From the NCBI GenBank assembly GCA_030295235.1, contig AP026125.1, forward strand, positions 1,550,001 to 1,614,000: DNA of 64,000 bases, read 5' to 3'. How positions within the stretch are numbered: position 1 is the stretch's first letter; every line of letters begins with the position of its first letter. Below are positions 1 through 12,000 of the stretch, piece by piece. Under the pieces are notes generated by a model. It was not told the DNA's origin. It made no database searches and worked only from the letters and a program-made list of their open reading frames with translations. This stretch comes from Fistulifera solaris. Its lineage: Eukaryota. The position numbers and the translations under genes were made by a program.

Positions 1-410
1 GGACCTAGTTCGAGGCTAGTCTTCGAGCTTTTATTCGTGACATGATGAACTAGTCCACCATCATTTGTAATGAGTAGTAAACCAGTTGTATTTGCATCAA
101 GTCGCCCCACGGCATTCCATTCGGTTGGGTTCACTCCAGTCAGTTGCTGCAACGTCTTGTTCACATCGGATGGAGACGAGGCAACGAATCCGCGCATTGA
201 CAAAACATCTTGATAGACGTTTACACGGCCCTTCGCATCAATCTCCTCATGTGTTGTGACTACACCGGAAGGCTTATTGTACAAAAGAACAACCGTCCGT
301 CCACTTTGTCGGATAGGGATGGCCAAGCCGAACGCATGATCACGTGATGCAAGCAGCAGACCGAGGCAAGCAATGATTATCATTCTCGACAAAGCCTTTC
401 CAAGCAACAT
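1..410 (-). CDS. RsuA/RluB-family RNA pseudouridine synthase, 5' part (runs off window edge); probably plastid-targeted
   Basis: Manual translation from ATG 410: MLLGKALSRMIIIACLGLLLASRDHAFGL...VLLYNKPSGVVTT...AVGRLDANTTGLLLITNDG. Contains the YNKP motif and the catalytic GRLD motif, plus an N-terminal hydrophobic signal. Confidence 0.85.
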   Translation of the reverse strand, partial: MLLGKALSRMIIIACLGLLLASRDHAFGLAIPIRQSGRTVVLLYNKPSGVVTTHEEIDAKGRVNVYQDVLSMRGFVASSPSDVNKTLQQLTGVNPTEWNAVGRLDANTTGLLLITNDGGLVHHVTNKSSKTSLELG

Positions 411-2155
411 CTCCGATTGTGACTGTCTGGGTATCCACAATGGGAAAGAATAATTAAATGGTTTGTTTCAAGTCATAATCTTTCCCTTATTATTATTGTC
501 ATCCTGATGAAAAACGCAAGCGGATTAATTACGAGGCGCAAAACGAAGGCACGCGACAGACACGACGAAAAAAGTCAGTAGCTTATGTACGGGAAAGTAC
601 TTGAGTCCCGATATGCAAATGATGTTGTATTATTTAGTCACGAGTCTTCTAAGAGGGCCCAGTCTGTCCGTACACCCTCGATGACATTTTGCAAACACAC
701 TGCGACATTACAAAAAGGCGTGAGTACCGCTCCGAAGTCATCTGTACTAAACGTATGAAGTCTATTACAAAATCTACTTTGTGGCTCTACTGTTTATTAA
801 CCGTGTTATTGGGCCAAAAAATGCTGATGGGTTATTGCCCATGAAAAAATGCTTGGCTCATTTGTTGCCATTTTCAGTCCATCGATGACCTTAAAATGAA
901 TATCTTCTCTAGTACATGACAATTTATGGATGCCTTTCTATTAACCATATTATGAGACACTTGGAGGGTGCGAAAAATGACGCAAAGGCCGTTCGGTGCT
1001 CAATTTCCCCCTATTTTTGTGACGAGGTGTCGACCCTCTCATTGATGGATCGATCAGGTCACGGCACATATTACAATGATCGACCGCTTTCATTAGCATT
1101 CGCGGTGCTCAAATGCCTCCCTGGTTGCTTTGAAGCTCGTCAAAACATGTTTAGGTTATAACCTTGTTCTCGAGCGTCAAGTATCCGTCTTGACTCACAG
1201 TCCATGCCGACGGCTCCTTGTTCTACTTCACGCATTTCCGATATCGGCCAACTCTCTATTAAGAGCGAAGCGATCACAATTTCCCTGACAGTACACGTGG
1301 ATGGCCTACGAGCTTGGAAAGCATACAAAATCTTTTCTCTGTGTCGTTCAAGGATTGTGAACAAGGCAGTCGTTCTAGTATCATTCAGGTTTCTATCCTA
1401 TGTTGCAAGCTTATGACCTCGATAAATCTGCGTTATTCAGATTGATGCAGCTGACATGTATTCGATGGATATGTTCGAGACTACTCTTCTATGAGTGCTA
1501 CTAAAAGGGGGGGATGAAGAGTGAGGAGGTTTCAATGAAAGTAGCTGTTGCCTTGTCGTAAACGAAAGGAAGTGATTGGGTAGCCACTAACCAATCCTCG
1601 TCACGTTCGCTGTCACAAGTTCTTGCTAAAGGCAAAGCAAACAAAAAATCTACTCTATGATGGCGGAAGTATTGTCAGAGCCAAGCGTACTACACCGATA
1701 CAAACATTCGTGTCGAGTTTAGGATCATGAGGTGGGTCTCCCTGCTACTACGCAACATTGTGCACCGAATCCGATAAAAGATGCTGCTGAAAATTAAGCT
1801 CAAGCGATAAAACGACCCCATAAAATGCTAGCGCTTGTTGCAGTATCATTGCAGTGATTTTGTCTGAAAACTAAAGCTAGAGCTCAATGACAACATAAGA
1901 AATTTTGCGTCGCACTTGTTCGTTGTGCTAAGTCACCCTCTGCGTTCTTTGCCTTCCAGGTTGCCCCAATCAGCGACGACCTCACAAGTGAAGGATTTTT
2001 GGAAATTGGCCTTGCACGCCCAGTCATTCGAAAATTTAGTGATTCATCAGCGATCTTGAGCTGTCATCGACAGAAGTGAAAAGCATTAGCGGCGGTTGTC
2101 GTTCATATGCAAACAAATTTTCACAGTTATCTCGAAAAGTGCATCTTTGAAGATA

Positions 2156-3157
2156 TCAGAAATACACAGGTAATATGGAACGGAGGTCCGTCCATTCGAC
2201 TTTCCAGTTGATTGCTTTATCCACGACATCATTGACTTGAAAAGGACCCAAACAAGTACATGCTACTCCAAGCACATCAGATGTTTCAGAATCTCGCAGA
2301 GCAAGGAAGCAGAAGCGCCAGTTGGAATCACGAATACATGATGTCCCTTGATTTGAGATCTCAGGCTCATTGAGAGAAATGGTGCCGTTGAGGTCCAACA
2401 TGATATCTTCGTCGTTCTGTGAGCCGTGGCTTACTATTAAATTCCACAGACCGCCATCTGTTGGCGACTTCAGATCCCATGTAACCTGAAAGCTAGAAAA
2501 GTCACATCCGAGACCAACGCCCAGGGCTTTTGAAACCGCTTCTTTAACCGACCATTGTACGTAAAACTCCTGGAGCACAAAATCCTGTTGTTCGTTAATT
2601 GTGAGCCACTCGCCATCAGTAAAACTGTTCCGAAACACAGCGACAAACTCTTCGACTGTGTTGTACAGACGAGTGTTTAGCTTTTCAAAAACCACAATGT
2701 CTAGTCCGACGCCCAAGGATTGTTTGCCTCCATTAGATACGAGTCTGCTGATTCCGATGAACGGCCACTGATGCGAAAGGCTAATCGAAAATTCAGTCTC
2801 GTCGATTGTAGGAATGAATGGCTTTTGATGTTCGGTGCGCGGTAATTGCACAAAGCCATCTTGAGGATAGTGATGAGATAGAAAGAATGCTTCACTTTTT
2901 AAGAGACAAGAAGCCAGAGCAAGGATACGATCATTCACTTTGACGAACTTTCTTATGCTGTGAAGGACTTCACCCCTCGTTTCGTCCATGCCATCAGGCA
3001 AACCAACACCTATCAGTTTAGCACGAATGTAATCCTCAGCAGAATAAACCTTGAAACTGGGATGTTCGAACGTCTGAAGTAAAGTATCGAGTTCAACCGC
3101 TAGTACCTCAGAAACATTTAAAAGCCTCACTTGGACTTTGTATGTATTATGTCCCAT
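2156..3157 (-). CDS. 4'-phosphopantetheinyl transferase (Sfp/AASDHPPT type)
   Basis: Motifs SLSH, GVGLDIV and WSVKEAVSKALGVGL (WxxKEAxxKAxG). Confidence 0.85.
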   Translation of the reverse strand: MGHNTYKVQVRLLNVSEVLAVELDTLLQTFEHPSFKVYSAEDYIRAKLIGVGLPDGMDETRGEVLHSIRKFVKVNDRILALASCLLKSEAFFLSHHYPQDGFVQLPRTEHQKPFIPTIDETEFSISLSHQWPFIGISRLVSNGGKQSLGVGLDIVVFEKLNTRLYNTVEEFVAVFRNSFTDGEWLTINEQQDFVLQEFYVQWSVKEAVSKALGVGLGCDFSSFQVTWDLKSPTDGGLWNLIVSHGSQNDEDIMLDLNGTISLNEPEISNQGTSCIRDSNWRFCFLALRDSETSDVLGVACTCLGPFQVNDVVDKAINWKVEWTDLRSILPVYF

Positions 3158-3845
3158 TGCTTCGTAACTCTTGTCCTATCTCATGACACGAGCATTACGA
3201 TGAAAGGGGTTTCAAATAAAAGAATACATAGGTGCAATGGGTCGCAATGTTTCGCCACAATAAGACCTTTCGTCGCCCTGTAATCCGCGCTTATTTATGG
3301 CCATGGTCGCATTATTTTTCAAATTTGGCACTGTACTAGAAACTGTAGGCAGTTTCCAGTCCCGGAAGGTGGTATCTAGTCGCGATCCTTGAAAAGGAAT
3401 GAATGAATACCTAACGCTTATTAATAGAGCAAGTAACCAAATCTCTTTCTTATGAATGAATCCTGAACATGAAAGCTTATCATCTATTGAGAGAAAACGA
3501 CTGCTGGCTTCCTATCACGAAAGTACTGCTCTGAAAACCAGCACACTCGCCAACAAACACAAACTGCACACATAATGTGGCCTTATCTGTGACCCGAAAG
3601 GAGCTGAGCTCAAAGATGTTGTGATCTTTTGCGCTCCTGAAGCATCGGGCGCTATGTCAAAGAATCAACGATCAATTGGACTCTTGGTGCATGCGTTACC
3701 GGTTACCGTTGCATTGAGATACAAAGATTCGTGGCTGGCATGAATACCGTCGACACATAAGCCCGACAAATTAAAATGTACCTTTTGAAACCGAGTAGTC
3801 TCTATCAGACGACTCGGACCTAGTTTTCTAGGATTGGATAACGAC

Positions 3846-5450
3846 TTAAGAGGGAAGTTGACTCCGTCTTGCAATCTCTTCTTTGTGGCGACTTGCAAAA
3901 GCGACTCGTAATGCTTTTTCAAACCGCTCCTCGTCAAGGTCTTGTTTCCGAGCTAGTTTGCTTTGCAAGACAATGACACTTGTATCGTACGTGCTATCTT
4001 TGAATTGTGTAGGTCGTAAATGCTGGGCTCCCTCAATATATCCGTGGCTTCGTGCCGAAAGGATGATATGGAGGCGGCACCATTCTCCACGGACCATGCG
4101 TATAAATGAGGCCTTGGCGAATTTCTTCGCTTGGGGTAAGCTGGCTGATGTGTCAAATGTCGGGACAATGACTACATACGTCAGACACTTCCTATGTCGA
4201 TCAGCACCATGAATTGAGTGTTCGATGCAATCCACCATAGCGTCCATCAAACCAGGAGAGAACGGAGGGTTTGCTTCCAAGCAACCTTCGACCGGAACGA
4301 AATCTGCGAAAAAGTTTCTAACGGATCCAAAATGCCAGTCAAGGTCTTCTGAGAACGCAGAGTTAAAGCAAGGCGAGTATGCGTTCAAGGGTGATGCAAA
4401 ACATTCGTGTACTGGCGAACCACTGAAAAAGTCGCCGAGTACTTCAAACACTTCCGAATGAACTGCTCCTTGCATTCCTCCTCCCCTAAGATCGTCTAAG
4501 AGCTGGCCACCCGAAAGAGAGGAATATCGCAACACCATGGTCATAACAATCAATTGAAAAGCCTGTTTTTCTTTTCTGTCTACACCGCTAGATCGTGTCC
4601 ACTCAAGTTTCGAGGACGCGTCCAAGGTGTGAACGCGACTAAACCTGTCTTCGAGTTTCTCGTAATGCGACTTATTCAACCTGATCAGGAAAGGTTTTTT
4701 CCACTTCTTTCGGCTGAATTGGAGCAGAACGTAAGATCTGTCATCTTTTCGATCAAATTCGACAGTAATTTTCTCATTTTTCAGAGGTGTTTGATGCGCA
4801 CATCGACGGGCTTGCGATTGAATCTCGGGAATGGCCGTTCTTTGTGTTCGTCGACAAAGTTCCTTCACGATGTTAAGTGCTGAATTCTCCGCATCATCGT
4901 CTTTCTCCTTTAAGTGCTCAGCAAGTTCTTTAACAAGACGTTTGGAAGCAGGATGTTCTTCCGAAACGTTTCCCGTAAGAACGGGATCAGCAGGTGTAAC
5001 TCGAGACAACATTTCCTCTATCTTGCTGTCTAGTAACCATCGCTCGAATGAGGGCATTTTGGCACCAGTCTGCAATACAAATTTTGAGAGCTCTTTGATC
5101 TGGAAATGCCTCGCTATCTCGACTTCGAACGACGGGAGCAAACCAGGAGTATAGTCGCCTTTCTTTACAAATAGACCAAAGGAAGAATTCCATTCCTTAA
5201 CCCTTTTCTGCATCTCGTTACGGTATGCCTGTGGCACTTGTACTGCGACTCCCTGAACACTATTGGAAAATTCGATGCCAGGAAAAGGTTTTGAAGTTTT
5301 CTCGGGTCGAGATGCTGAAGCAAAGGCTTCCAGTTCCTGAAGACAATCGTCGATTGACGTCGCTTCAGATGCATGATTCGTCCCTGAAACAAGGAACAAC
5401 TCAGACGTTGTCGTTTCAGCGCGCTTGCGCTTCTTGCTTGTCTTCACCAT
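3846..5450 (-). CDS. PCIF1: PCIF1/CAPAM-like cap-adjacent N6-adenosine methyltransferase
   Basis: Motifs LRY...GGMQGA, ECFASPLN, HFGS, catalytic EANPPF and HGYIEGAQH. Confidence 0.8.
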   Translation of the reverse strand: MVKTSKKRKRAETTTSELFLVSGTNHASEATSIDDCLQELEAFASASRPEKTSKPFPGIEFSNSVQGVAVQVPQAYRNEMQKRVKEWNSSFGLFVKKGDYTPGLLPSFEVEIARHFQIKELSKFVLQTGAKMPSFERWLLDSKIEEMLSRVTPADPVLTGNVSEEHPASKRLVKELAEHLKEKDDDAENSALNIVKELCRRTQRTAIPEIQSQARRCAHQTPLKNEKITVEFDRKDDRSYVLLQFSRKKWKKPFLIRLNKSHYEKLEDRFSRVHTLDASSKLEWTRSSGVDRKEKQAFQLIVMTMVLRYSSLSGGQLLDDLRGGGMQGAVHSEVFEVLGDFFSGSPVHECFASPLNAYSPCFNSAFSEDLDWHFGSVRNFFADFVPVEGCLEANPPFSPGLMDAMVDCIEHSIHGADRHRKCLTYVVIVPTFDTSASLPQAKKFAKASFIRMVRGEWCRLHIILSARSHGYIEGAQHLRPTQFKDSTYDTSVIVLQSKLARKQDLDEERFEKALRVAFASRHKEEIARRSQLPS

Positions 5451-5918
5451 TATGATGACAATAGAAAAAGCTTCCTACTCGTTTCGATCGCATACGGAGT
5501 AAAGTATAACACTATCCTCTCTTTTTTATTTTTACCTGGTATTTTTATTATAAAAAAATGATTTTTGATGATGTTCTTTGCGTGGCCCTGGGCGGTAGAC
5601 AGACAGGCTAGGATCAACAGGAGGTGCGACTTATTTTTAAAATTAAAAAAAGCTAAGTTCACTTTCGTCCTCTACTTGTAGGCTATTACTTTCAGCTGGA
5701 CTAGAGTGCGTCTATTTTGGTTTAACGAACATGTAGCTAGGCAACGTGTCTAAAACCATTCTTCATTTGATGTATTTCGAACACTTATTCCTTTCCAATA
5801 AAACAGCGTTCATGTCGGTGAAACGGCTAGGTTGCCAGCGTCATTTTCAGGTCAAAAACTAGAACAAAAGAATAATGGTGGTAGATATGGGCATGCTTTA
5901 GTTTAATGGTGAAGATTA

Positions 5919-6359
5919 CTAAGCGGTCAACAGACATGCGCCACCGGCTTCCTTGATTTTCTTTTCAGCCAACTTGGAGAAATACTTCGCCTTGACAATG
6001 ACGGGTACCTTGATCTCACCATTACCAAGCAATTTGAAATATCCTTTGGATACAAGATCAATTACAGGAGCCTTGCCGCCACCGTTCTTGGCAGCCTCAT
6101 AAACTCCCCTCGCCGGCAACGTTGAAAAGCTTGTCAATGTTGACAGTGGGGGTGTAGTCCCGGTTTCGCAGCAAGTGGAATCGGCGCATACCGATCTTAC
6201 CGAAATAACCAGGGTGGTACTTATCCATGAGTGTTCGGTGGTGGTGTTGACCACCGGCATTACCACGACCACCGGGATGCTTACGGTGCTTTCCGATACG
6301 ACCGTGTCCGGCAGAGACGTGGCCTCTCTTTTGCGGTTCTTGTGATCACGGGTCGGCAT
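5919..6359 (-). CDS. RPL27A: 60S ribosomal protein L27a (uL15); two compensating 1-nt indels (~6330, ~6108); probable 5'UTR intron ~6364-6559
   Basis: [10 protein letters not shown], then in a shifted frame [31 protein letters not shown]...[12 protein letters not shown], then the C-terminus [24 protein letters not shown]. Confidence 0.95.
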   Translation of the reverse strand: MPTRDHKNRKREATSLPDTVVSESTVSIPVVVVMPVVNTTTEHSWISTTLVISVRSVCADSTCCETGTTPPLSTLTSFSTLPARGVYEAAKNGGGKAPVIDLVSKGYFKLLGNGEIKVPVIVKAKYFSKLAEKKIKEAGGACLLTA

Positions 6360-7016
6360 ATTTCTGCAATACGATAGAGAAAAGATATCTGTAAGAATAT
6401 GACTCGCGGAAGTATTGTGTCGCTTTCAAGAAAAGACAACGTCGCGACAAGAAATTCCCCAACTGATAGTCGGTGTGTATTGTGTTCAGTTATCGCTTCC
6501 GCGCACGTCCAGTTCTCTTCCAATTAGCTAAAGAAAATAAGAACCCTCTCAAATCTTACCTCTATCAAGTCAACAACAAGTGTAATTCAGTTACAAGAGG
6601 ATCGTCTTGATGATTGCATTCAACAATCACTGCCTTTTCCCCATTTTGTGAAGCGTGAAAGTAGCAAAGCGGTAAGAGGTAAACGGTAGACGGCTTGACG
6701 TTCATCACCTCAAACAAAGCATAGAGTATCGACGTAAAAGTAATCTTTCTACCGTTACGACGTCACAAGATCTAAGTATTCACGTACTATGTGCTTTACT
6801 GTTAGTTTACGACGCACAACCGTGCGCCGGGAAAGGACGTTAAAATTGTGCCTCTCAGTACAATTTTCTACGTAGAGCCTACGGCGATGCAGAACTTTAA
6901 CGTCGTTTCACAAAAATAATTATTGTTCGTTGAAAAAGCGCGTTGCATCATTCAAATCAATGTCCATGTCCATTCTATGTATTATTATCAACTATCTCTA
7001 CTGCATTACTTCATGA

Positions 7017-8342
7017 ATGCGGCGATCACTCGCTAAACAAGCGGAAATGACCGTTGGGCGAAGGGCTTTGAGCGGTTTTACGAGATCTATTTGTTCGGTC
7101 GTTGTACACGAGCCAAATTGCAACCCATGGGGAAATTCCAAGAATGGGCATGTACGAAAGATTTCCTCTGGTCTTTTACAAACTTTTCATCAAGATAAAG
7201 AGCTGAAAAGTAAAGTCTGGTTTTCTAGTGCAAGCGGCCCTCTTCCAACTAACATTGCCTCGCTGAGGAGTCTCGTGAAGCCCTTTTTGCTCAAGTGTCA
7301 CCCCGATATGCAACAATCCGAGCTATCCAAAACAGTCAATTTATCGGCCATTCAGAATCTCAACGCCTATCTCGATGCTATTCAAGGAATTTTATCATCG
7401 TCTGTGGCTAGAGAGCCATCCGTGCGTTTGTTTGAAGTCGATTTTACCATGACTCACAGCGACGATCCCAAACGTCGTGCTAAAAACAAGAAACTCCAAG
7501 CCGACGCGGAATATACGAGCCGTCGAAAGATAGAATTAGCGCTTCCACCGCTCGATTTGTGTCGGGAAGCGGCAACCAACCCTTCGGTGCGTCCGCGCAT
7601 CCATCGGCATGGGGCAGGGCAGTTGCTTCGGTTGTTGCGAATGGCGAGTCTCGCCGTACCGCAGAGTCTAGAAAACCATGTGGACGAGGGATATGACGGA
7701 CAACAGCAAGAACGAACACAAATGAATATTTGGGACTTAGAAATGGATTTGGACAAAGATTTTGGTGCGCGCCGTTCGTACGGGGCGCCGCGCCGCGAAA
7801 CGCCGTACGAAGCGAGCCGTCGAAAGTTCGTGGAACGGATCAATTGGGAAAAGTACGATCGCATGTATGAGAAAGCTGTAGCCGACATGGAAGCTGACTT
7901 TGCTACCAGAGGACTACTAGCCAACAATCCCGCTGGGCAACGTCGAATGATTGCGAACGTTCTTTCGAAGGTGCGCATAGGTAGAGAGATTTCGGGATGG
8001 GAGCAACTGGTCGCTGTACGACGATTGTCTCTTCTCTTTCAACAAAACTTTGATTTACTACACATGGAAGAATTCGGTAGGTTGTGGGAAAAGTGTGCCA
8101 TTGTGCTGAAACCAGCCCGCAATTTCAACACAAGCCCCTCCGCCTTGCACAAGCGACGTCTAAAACAGGAAGAAACAGGATTTGCTTTTACTCTGCATCC
8201 AGATTTCTCCGTCACCATTGAGATTCCTTTGGATTTTGGTGATGAAGAAGTGATACGCGAGTTGGAGCGAAATGTTTGGGACATGTACGATCTGATCCAG
8301 GAAGGTTTGGAGGACATTGTTGATGCGGAGATGCTTACATGA
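7017..8342 (+). CDS. DUF4460/TCAIM-like protein, probably mitochondrial
   Basis: LRSLVKPFLLKCHPD...VNLSAIQNLNAYLD motif; Arg/Ser-rich N-terminus; intact 441-aa ORF. Confidence 0.6.
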   Translation: MRRSLAKQAEMTVGRRALSGFTRSICSVVVHEPNCNPWGNSKNGHVRKISSGLLQTFHQDKELKSKVWFSSASGPLPTNIASLRSLVKPFLLKCHPDMQQSELSKTVNLSAIQNLNAYLDAIQGILSSSVAREPSVRLFEVDFTMTHSDDPKRRAKNKKLQADAEYTSRRKIELALPPLDLCREAATNPSVRPRIHRHGAGQLLRLLRMASLAVPQSLENHVDEGYDGQQQERTQMNIWDLEMDLDKDFGARRSYGAPRRETPYEASRRKFVERINWEKYDRMYEKAVADMEADFATRGLLANNPAGQRRMIANVLSKVRIGREISGWEQLVAVRRLSLLFQQNFDLLHMEEFGRLWEKCAIVLKPARNFNTSPSALHKRRLKQEETGFAFTLHPDFSVTIEIPLDFGDEEVIRELERNVWDMYDLIQEGLEDIVDAEMLT

Positions 8343-8594
8343 AATCTTTAATTGTCAGTCGCATTTTGCATTTTGCTGTAAAAACTAAAGACGTAAAATG
8401 GATGACTTTTGAGTCGGCGTAGTATAAACTACTTAACTAACGAACTATCACGCGGTTACGCGCGGTTAGCCTTATCGATGTCTCACCGATACGCGAGTCA
8501 ACGAGGAGTGAGGAGTCGTGAAAAGCGAGGCGACGACGGGTCGTGATAAAAAGAAAAACAATAAAAAAATGGACGAAAACAAAACGCACCGTCG

Positions 8595-9021
8595 TGTCAA
8601 GAATCGAAGTCGTTCGAGTCCCGAGTGAGTGTCGGACTGGCAGAGATACGACAAGAGAGATTCAACTGTTTGTTTTATGGAATGGTAGATTCCCGAATCT
8701 GGTTGTGGGATTACCATGGATATTCGAAGATTGTGTTTGCATGATGAGATATATGATCACTGGTTAGGTGGAGCTATATATTCGAGGGAGGATTCATTAA
8801 AGATTTAGTAAAGATTCTCGGGCGATCTTGGATGGAGATTTGATACGATTCGGAGACGAGAATCAGGAGGAAATGGATGAATTCTAGTTTGTAGTTGGCT
8901 TCGCCATTAATCTGTAAAGTGTTGTTTGAGAGCAGTTAGTTTGCCTTCAATAGTTTTTCCGTCTGAGGTGAAGATCCTGGATAGCCGGAAACAGTACAGA
9001 CCGCTGGTAGAAAATCTAACA
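8595..9021 (+). repeat. 5' LTR (427 bp)
   Basis: Direct repeat of 13267-13692. By eye it differs by only one substitution (gaatggtag/gaacggtag) and one 1-nt indel (ccgctgg/ccgcgg). Confidence 0.95.
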
Positions 9022-9073
9022 CGCTTATAAGCGTGGTGTTTAGTTGATTCAAGTCAAGAGATAAGCGAGCAAG

Positions 9074-12000
9074 ATGGCTGAAACGGAAGGAGAGCGATTC
9101 AAGACGCTGAGCTACTATCCCCTGAACGACGCGATTGCGGAGACTTCGTACGATGATTGGATTTACAAGACGAAGTCGCATGTGACGAAGAAGGGATGGA
9201 GCAAGCCGTTCGACGAGCCGGATACCGATTCCAAGTCGAGAGGAAGCGACAGCAGAGGGTGCATTGGACGATGTCAAGTTGATGTATCGGTGCAATGTCG
9301 AAGTCTACGACCATTTGGTTATCGCGTGGGAAGGAGTTCCGTTGGGTTTGGTGAAAAGGGCCGAGGGAGATGCAAGAGAGGCATTCCGCCTTTTGGACCA
9401 AAAGTACGCACGGAATTCAGAAGAAGATCTCGCGGAGGCATTGTCGGAGTTCAATGCGTGCAAGTTGGAGTCAAAAGGGTCGATCCGGACAAGTGGTTCG
9501 TCGAGCTCGACCGTCGAAACAATCGTCTCCGTGCCATCGGACCGCGTTCACGCCAAGGGAAGCCAAGAAATGAAAGCGCACTACATGGGAAATCTCCCGC
9601 CGGGATATGAGGACGTGATTACGAAGCTCAGTGGACGATTGAGCGAGTACGAAGTCGCCGATATCGAGAGAGAGATTCGAAGCAAGTGGAAGCGCCGATC
9701 ACAAGCCAAGCGGCGGCGTTATCGAAAAAGAAAAAGAAAAAGAGAAAAAATCATGCATTAAACGTCGAGAAGGGCAAAGGAGGCTTCAAGGGTTTCAAGA
9801 AGTTCAAAGGAAGGTGCCGCAAGTGCGGGCATCAAGGTCACAAGGCTGCCGATTGCAAAAGTGACAAGAAGAAAGTTTGTTTTGAGTGCGGCGAGGAAGG
9901 TCACTTCGCGCGACTGTCCCAAGAAAGGGGGCGGAAACAACAAGGATCGCCGAGACAAGGACATGAACATGTTTGTCGGAATGTGTCATGAAGTTGGAAA
10001 CTTTTTTGGAGCGGTTGACCACAAGGAAAGGTTTCTCCTCGACAGCGGCGCAACTTGTCATGTCGTGACGGATGAGAAAATGTTAAACGACGTTTTGCGA
10101 GTTGATGAAACGTTGATGGTCGGAGACGGCAATGAAGTTCAAGTTCAAAAAGTCGGAACGCTGTTGCTTGATACTCTTCACGGTACTATGAAGTTGTCGG
10201 ACGTGAAGGTGGCGCCGACATTCGCCAAGAACATCATCAGTACTGTCGCTTGTCGAGAAAGGAAACAAGATTGAAATGTCTCGCAGCAAGATGACCATTA
10301 CGGATGCTACTGGGAAAAGCGTTATCGAGATTCCGAAGAATAACCGGTCATTGTACTACTTGACGGGGACGCCAATTGTCGGCAGTAGTGAACGCTGTGC
10401 AAAAGGTCAAGACGATGGACATCAACCATGCTCACGAGCTGTACGGACATCTCAGTAATAATCCGTTGCAGAGTCTCGCGAGGCAATTGGGGCTTAAGTT
10501 GACCGGAACCAAGTCGAATTGCGAAGCTTGCGTCTACGCGAAGGCAAAAGCTAAGGCGGTTTGCAAGAGTACAAGTGTGAAGGCTACTCAAAAGGGTGAA
10601 CGGTTGTTTATTGACTTGAGTGGGCCATACAAGAAGTCGCTCGGGCAGAGCACTTACTGGATTCTCATTGTCGACGATTTTACGCGCAAGGCGTGGAGTT
10701 TCTTCGCTTCGCAAAAGTCGATGATCAAGAAAGTTATGGAGGAGTTTCTCGAAAGACTTAAGGGTTTCAAGGATGTGAACGTCAAGTACGTTCGTTGTGA
10801 TAATTCGGGCGAGAACGAGAAACAGCTTCGATCGGTTTGCGAGCCTCGCGGAATCACAATGGAGTTCACGGCACCTCATACACCGCAAATGAATGGGGTA
10901 GTGGAGCGGAAGTTTGTGTCACTTCGGCGACAAGGCATTGGCAATGATGTTGGCTGCAAGGTTGAGTGACGAACATCAAGGGAAGTTGTGGACGGAAGCA
11001 GTCAACACTGCGACCAAGTTGGATAACGCCGTGCCGAACAAGAATATTCCGACAAGTCCTGATTACGAGTGGTACGGCGAGCATCCAAGTTTCCTCAAGC
11101 ATTTGGTTCAGTGGGGTCGAATTGGCTATGTGACGATTCGAACGAAGCAGCCAAAGCTCGAGAAGAAAGCGATGAAGTGCGTCATGGTCGGATATGCCGA
11201 TGACCATTCGGGCGACACATACCGCTTTTACAAGCCGGACAGCGACACGATCATTCTCTCCCGCGATGTTGTTTGGGATGAGTGGCACGGTGCGAGCGAT
11301 AATGTTCCCAAGGCTTTGACGATGTTTGCCGAAGATATGATGATCGATATCGAGGATGATCAGATTGGGGAGGACGAACCCAACTGGGTCTCTGTCAGGC
11401 CGATTGTTCTTCGGAAGTCGATGTCGAAGCAGGGAGGAAGGATATCGGTGTTGGTGTTCAAGAAGCGTTGGATAACGGTTGCTGCAGGTGGTGACGACGA
11501 AGAGTCGGAAGTCGAAGAAGCCCCAGCCGAAGCAACCGAAACAACACCGGATGCTCCACCATCGACTCGACAAGTTACAAGTCGGTTGGTTCGTGAGATG
11601 GCGAAGTTGAACACATCTTACAATCCAACGGGAGTCGGAGAACAACATGCAGTCTTCAATACGATCGATGTGCAAGAGGCGTTCCTCGATGCGGCGCTTT
11701 GTGTCTTCACAGTTGAGTTGGCGTCTGACCCGGGCGCGCCGAAGACTGTAAAGGAAGCGCTGTCGGGACCGCAAAGGAAGGAATGGAAGGCCGCAATGAA
11801 ACAAGAGATCGAGAATTTTCTCAAGAGGAAGGCTTGGAAGAAAGTCAGTCGAAAGAAAATGAAGAAAAGAAATAGAAAGCCGATCAGTCCGAAGTGGATT
11901 TTCAAATTGAAAAACGAGGTTTCGGTTTTCACTTCAAAGCTTCGAACGTGCGCGTGGCTTCGTACAGATTCCAGGAGTCGACTTCACTTTGACTCACTCT

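Noticed and set aside
600..2150. Short ORFs in the long intergenic region
   Set aside because: All are 81 aa or shorter, overlapping and motif-free; no RNA gene or element ends could be recognised.
10866..11804. 312-aa antisense ORF within the retrotransposon
   Set aside because: Overlaps integrase on the opposite strand with no domain features; not supported as an env-like or accessory gene.
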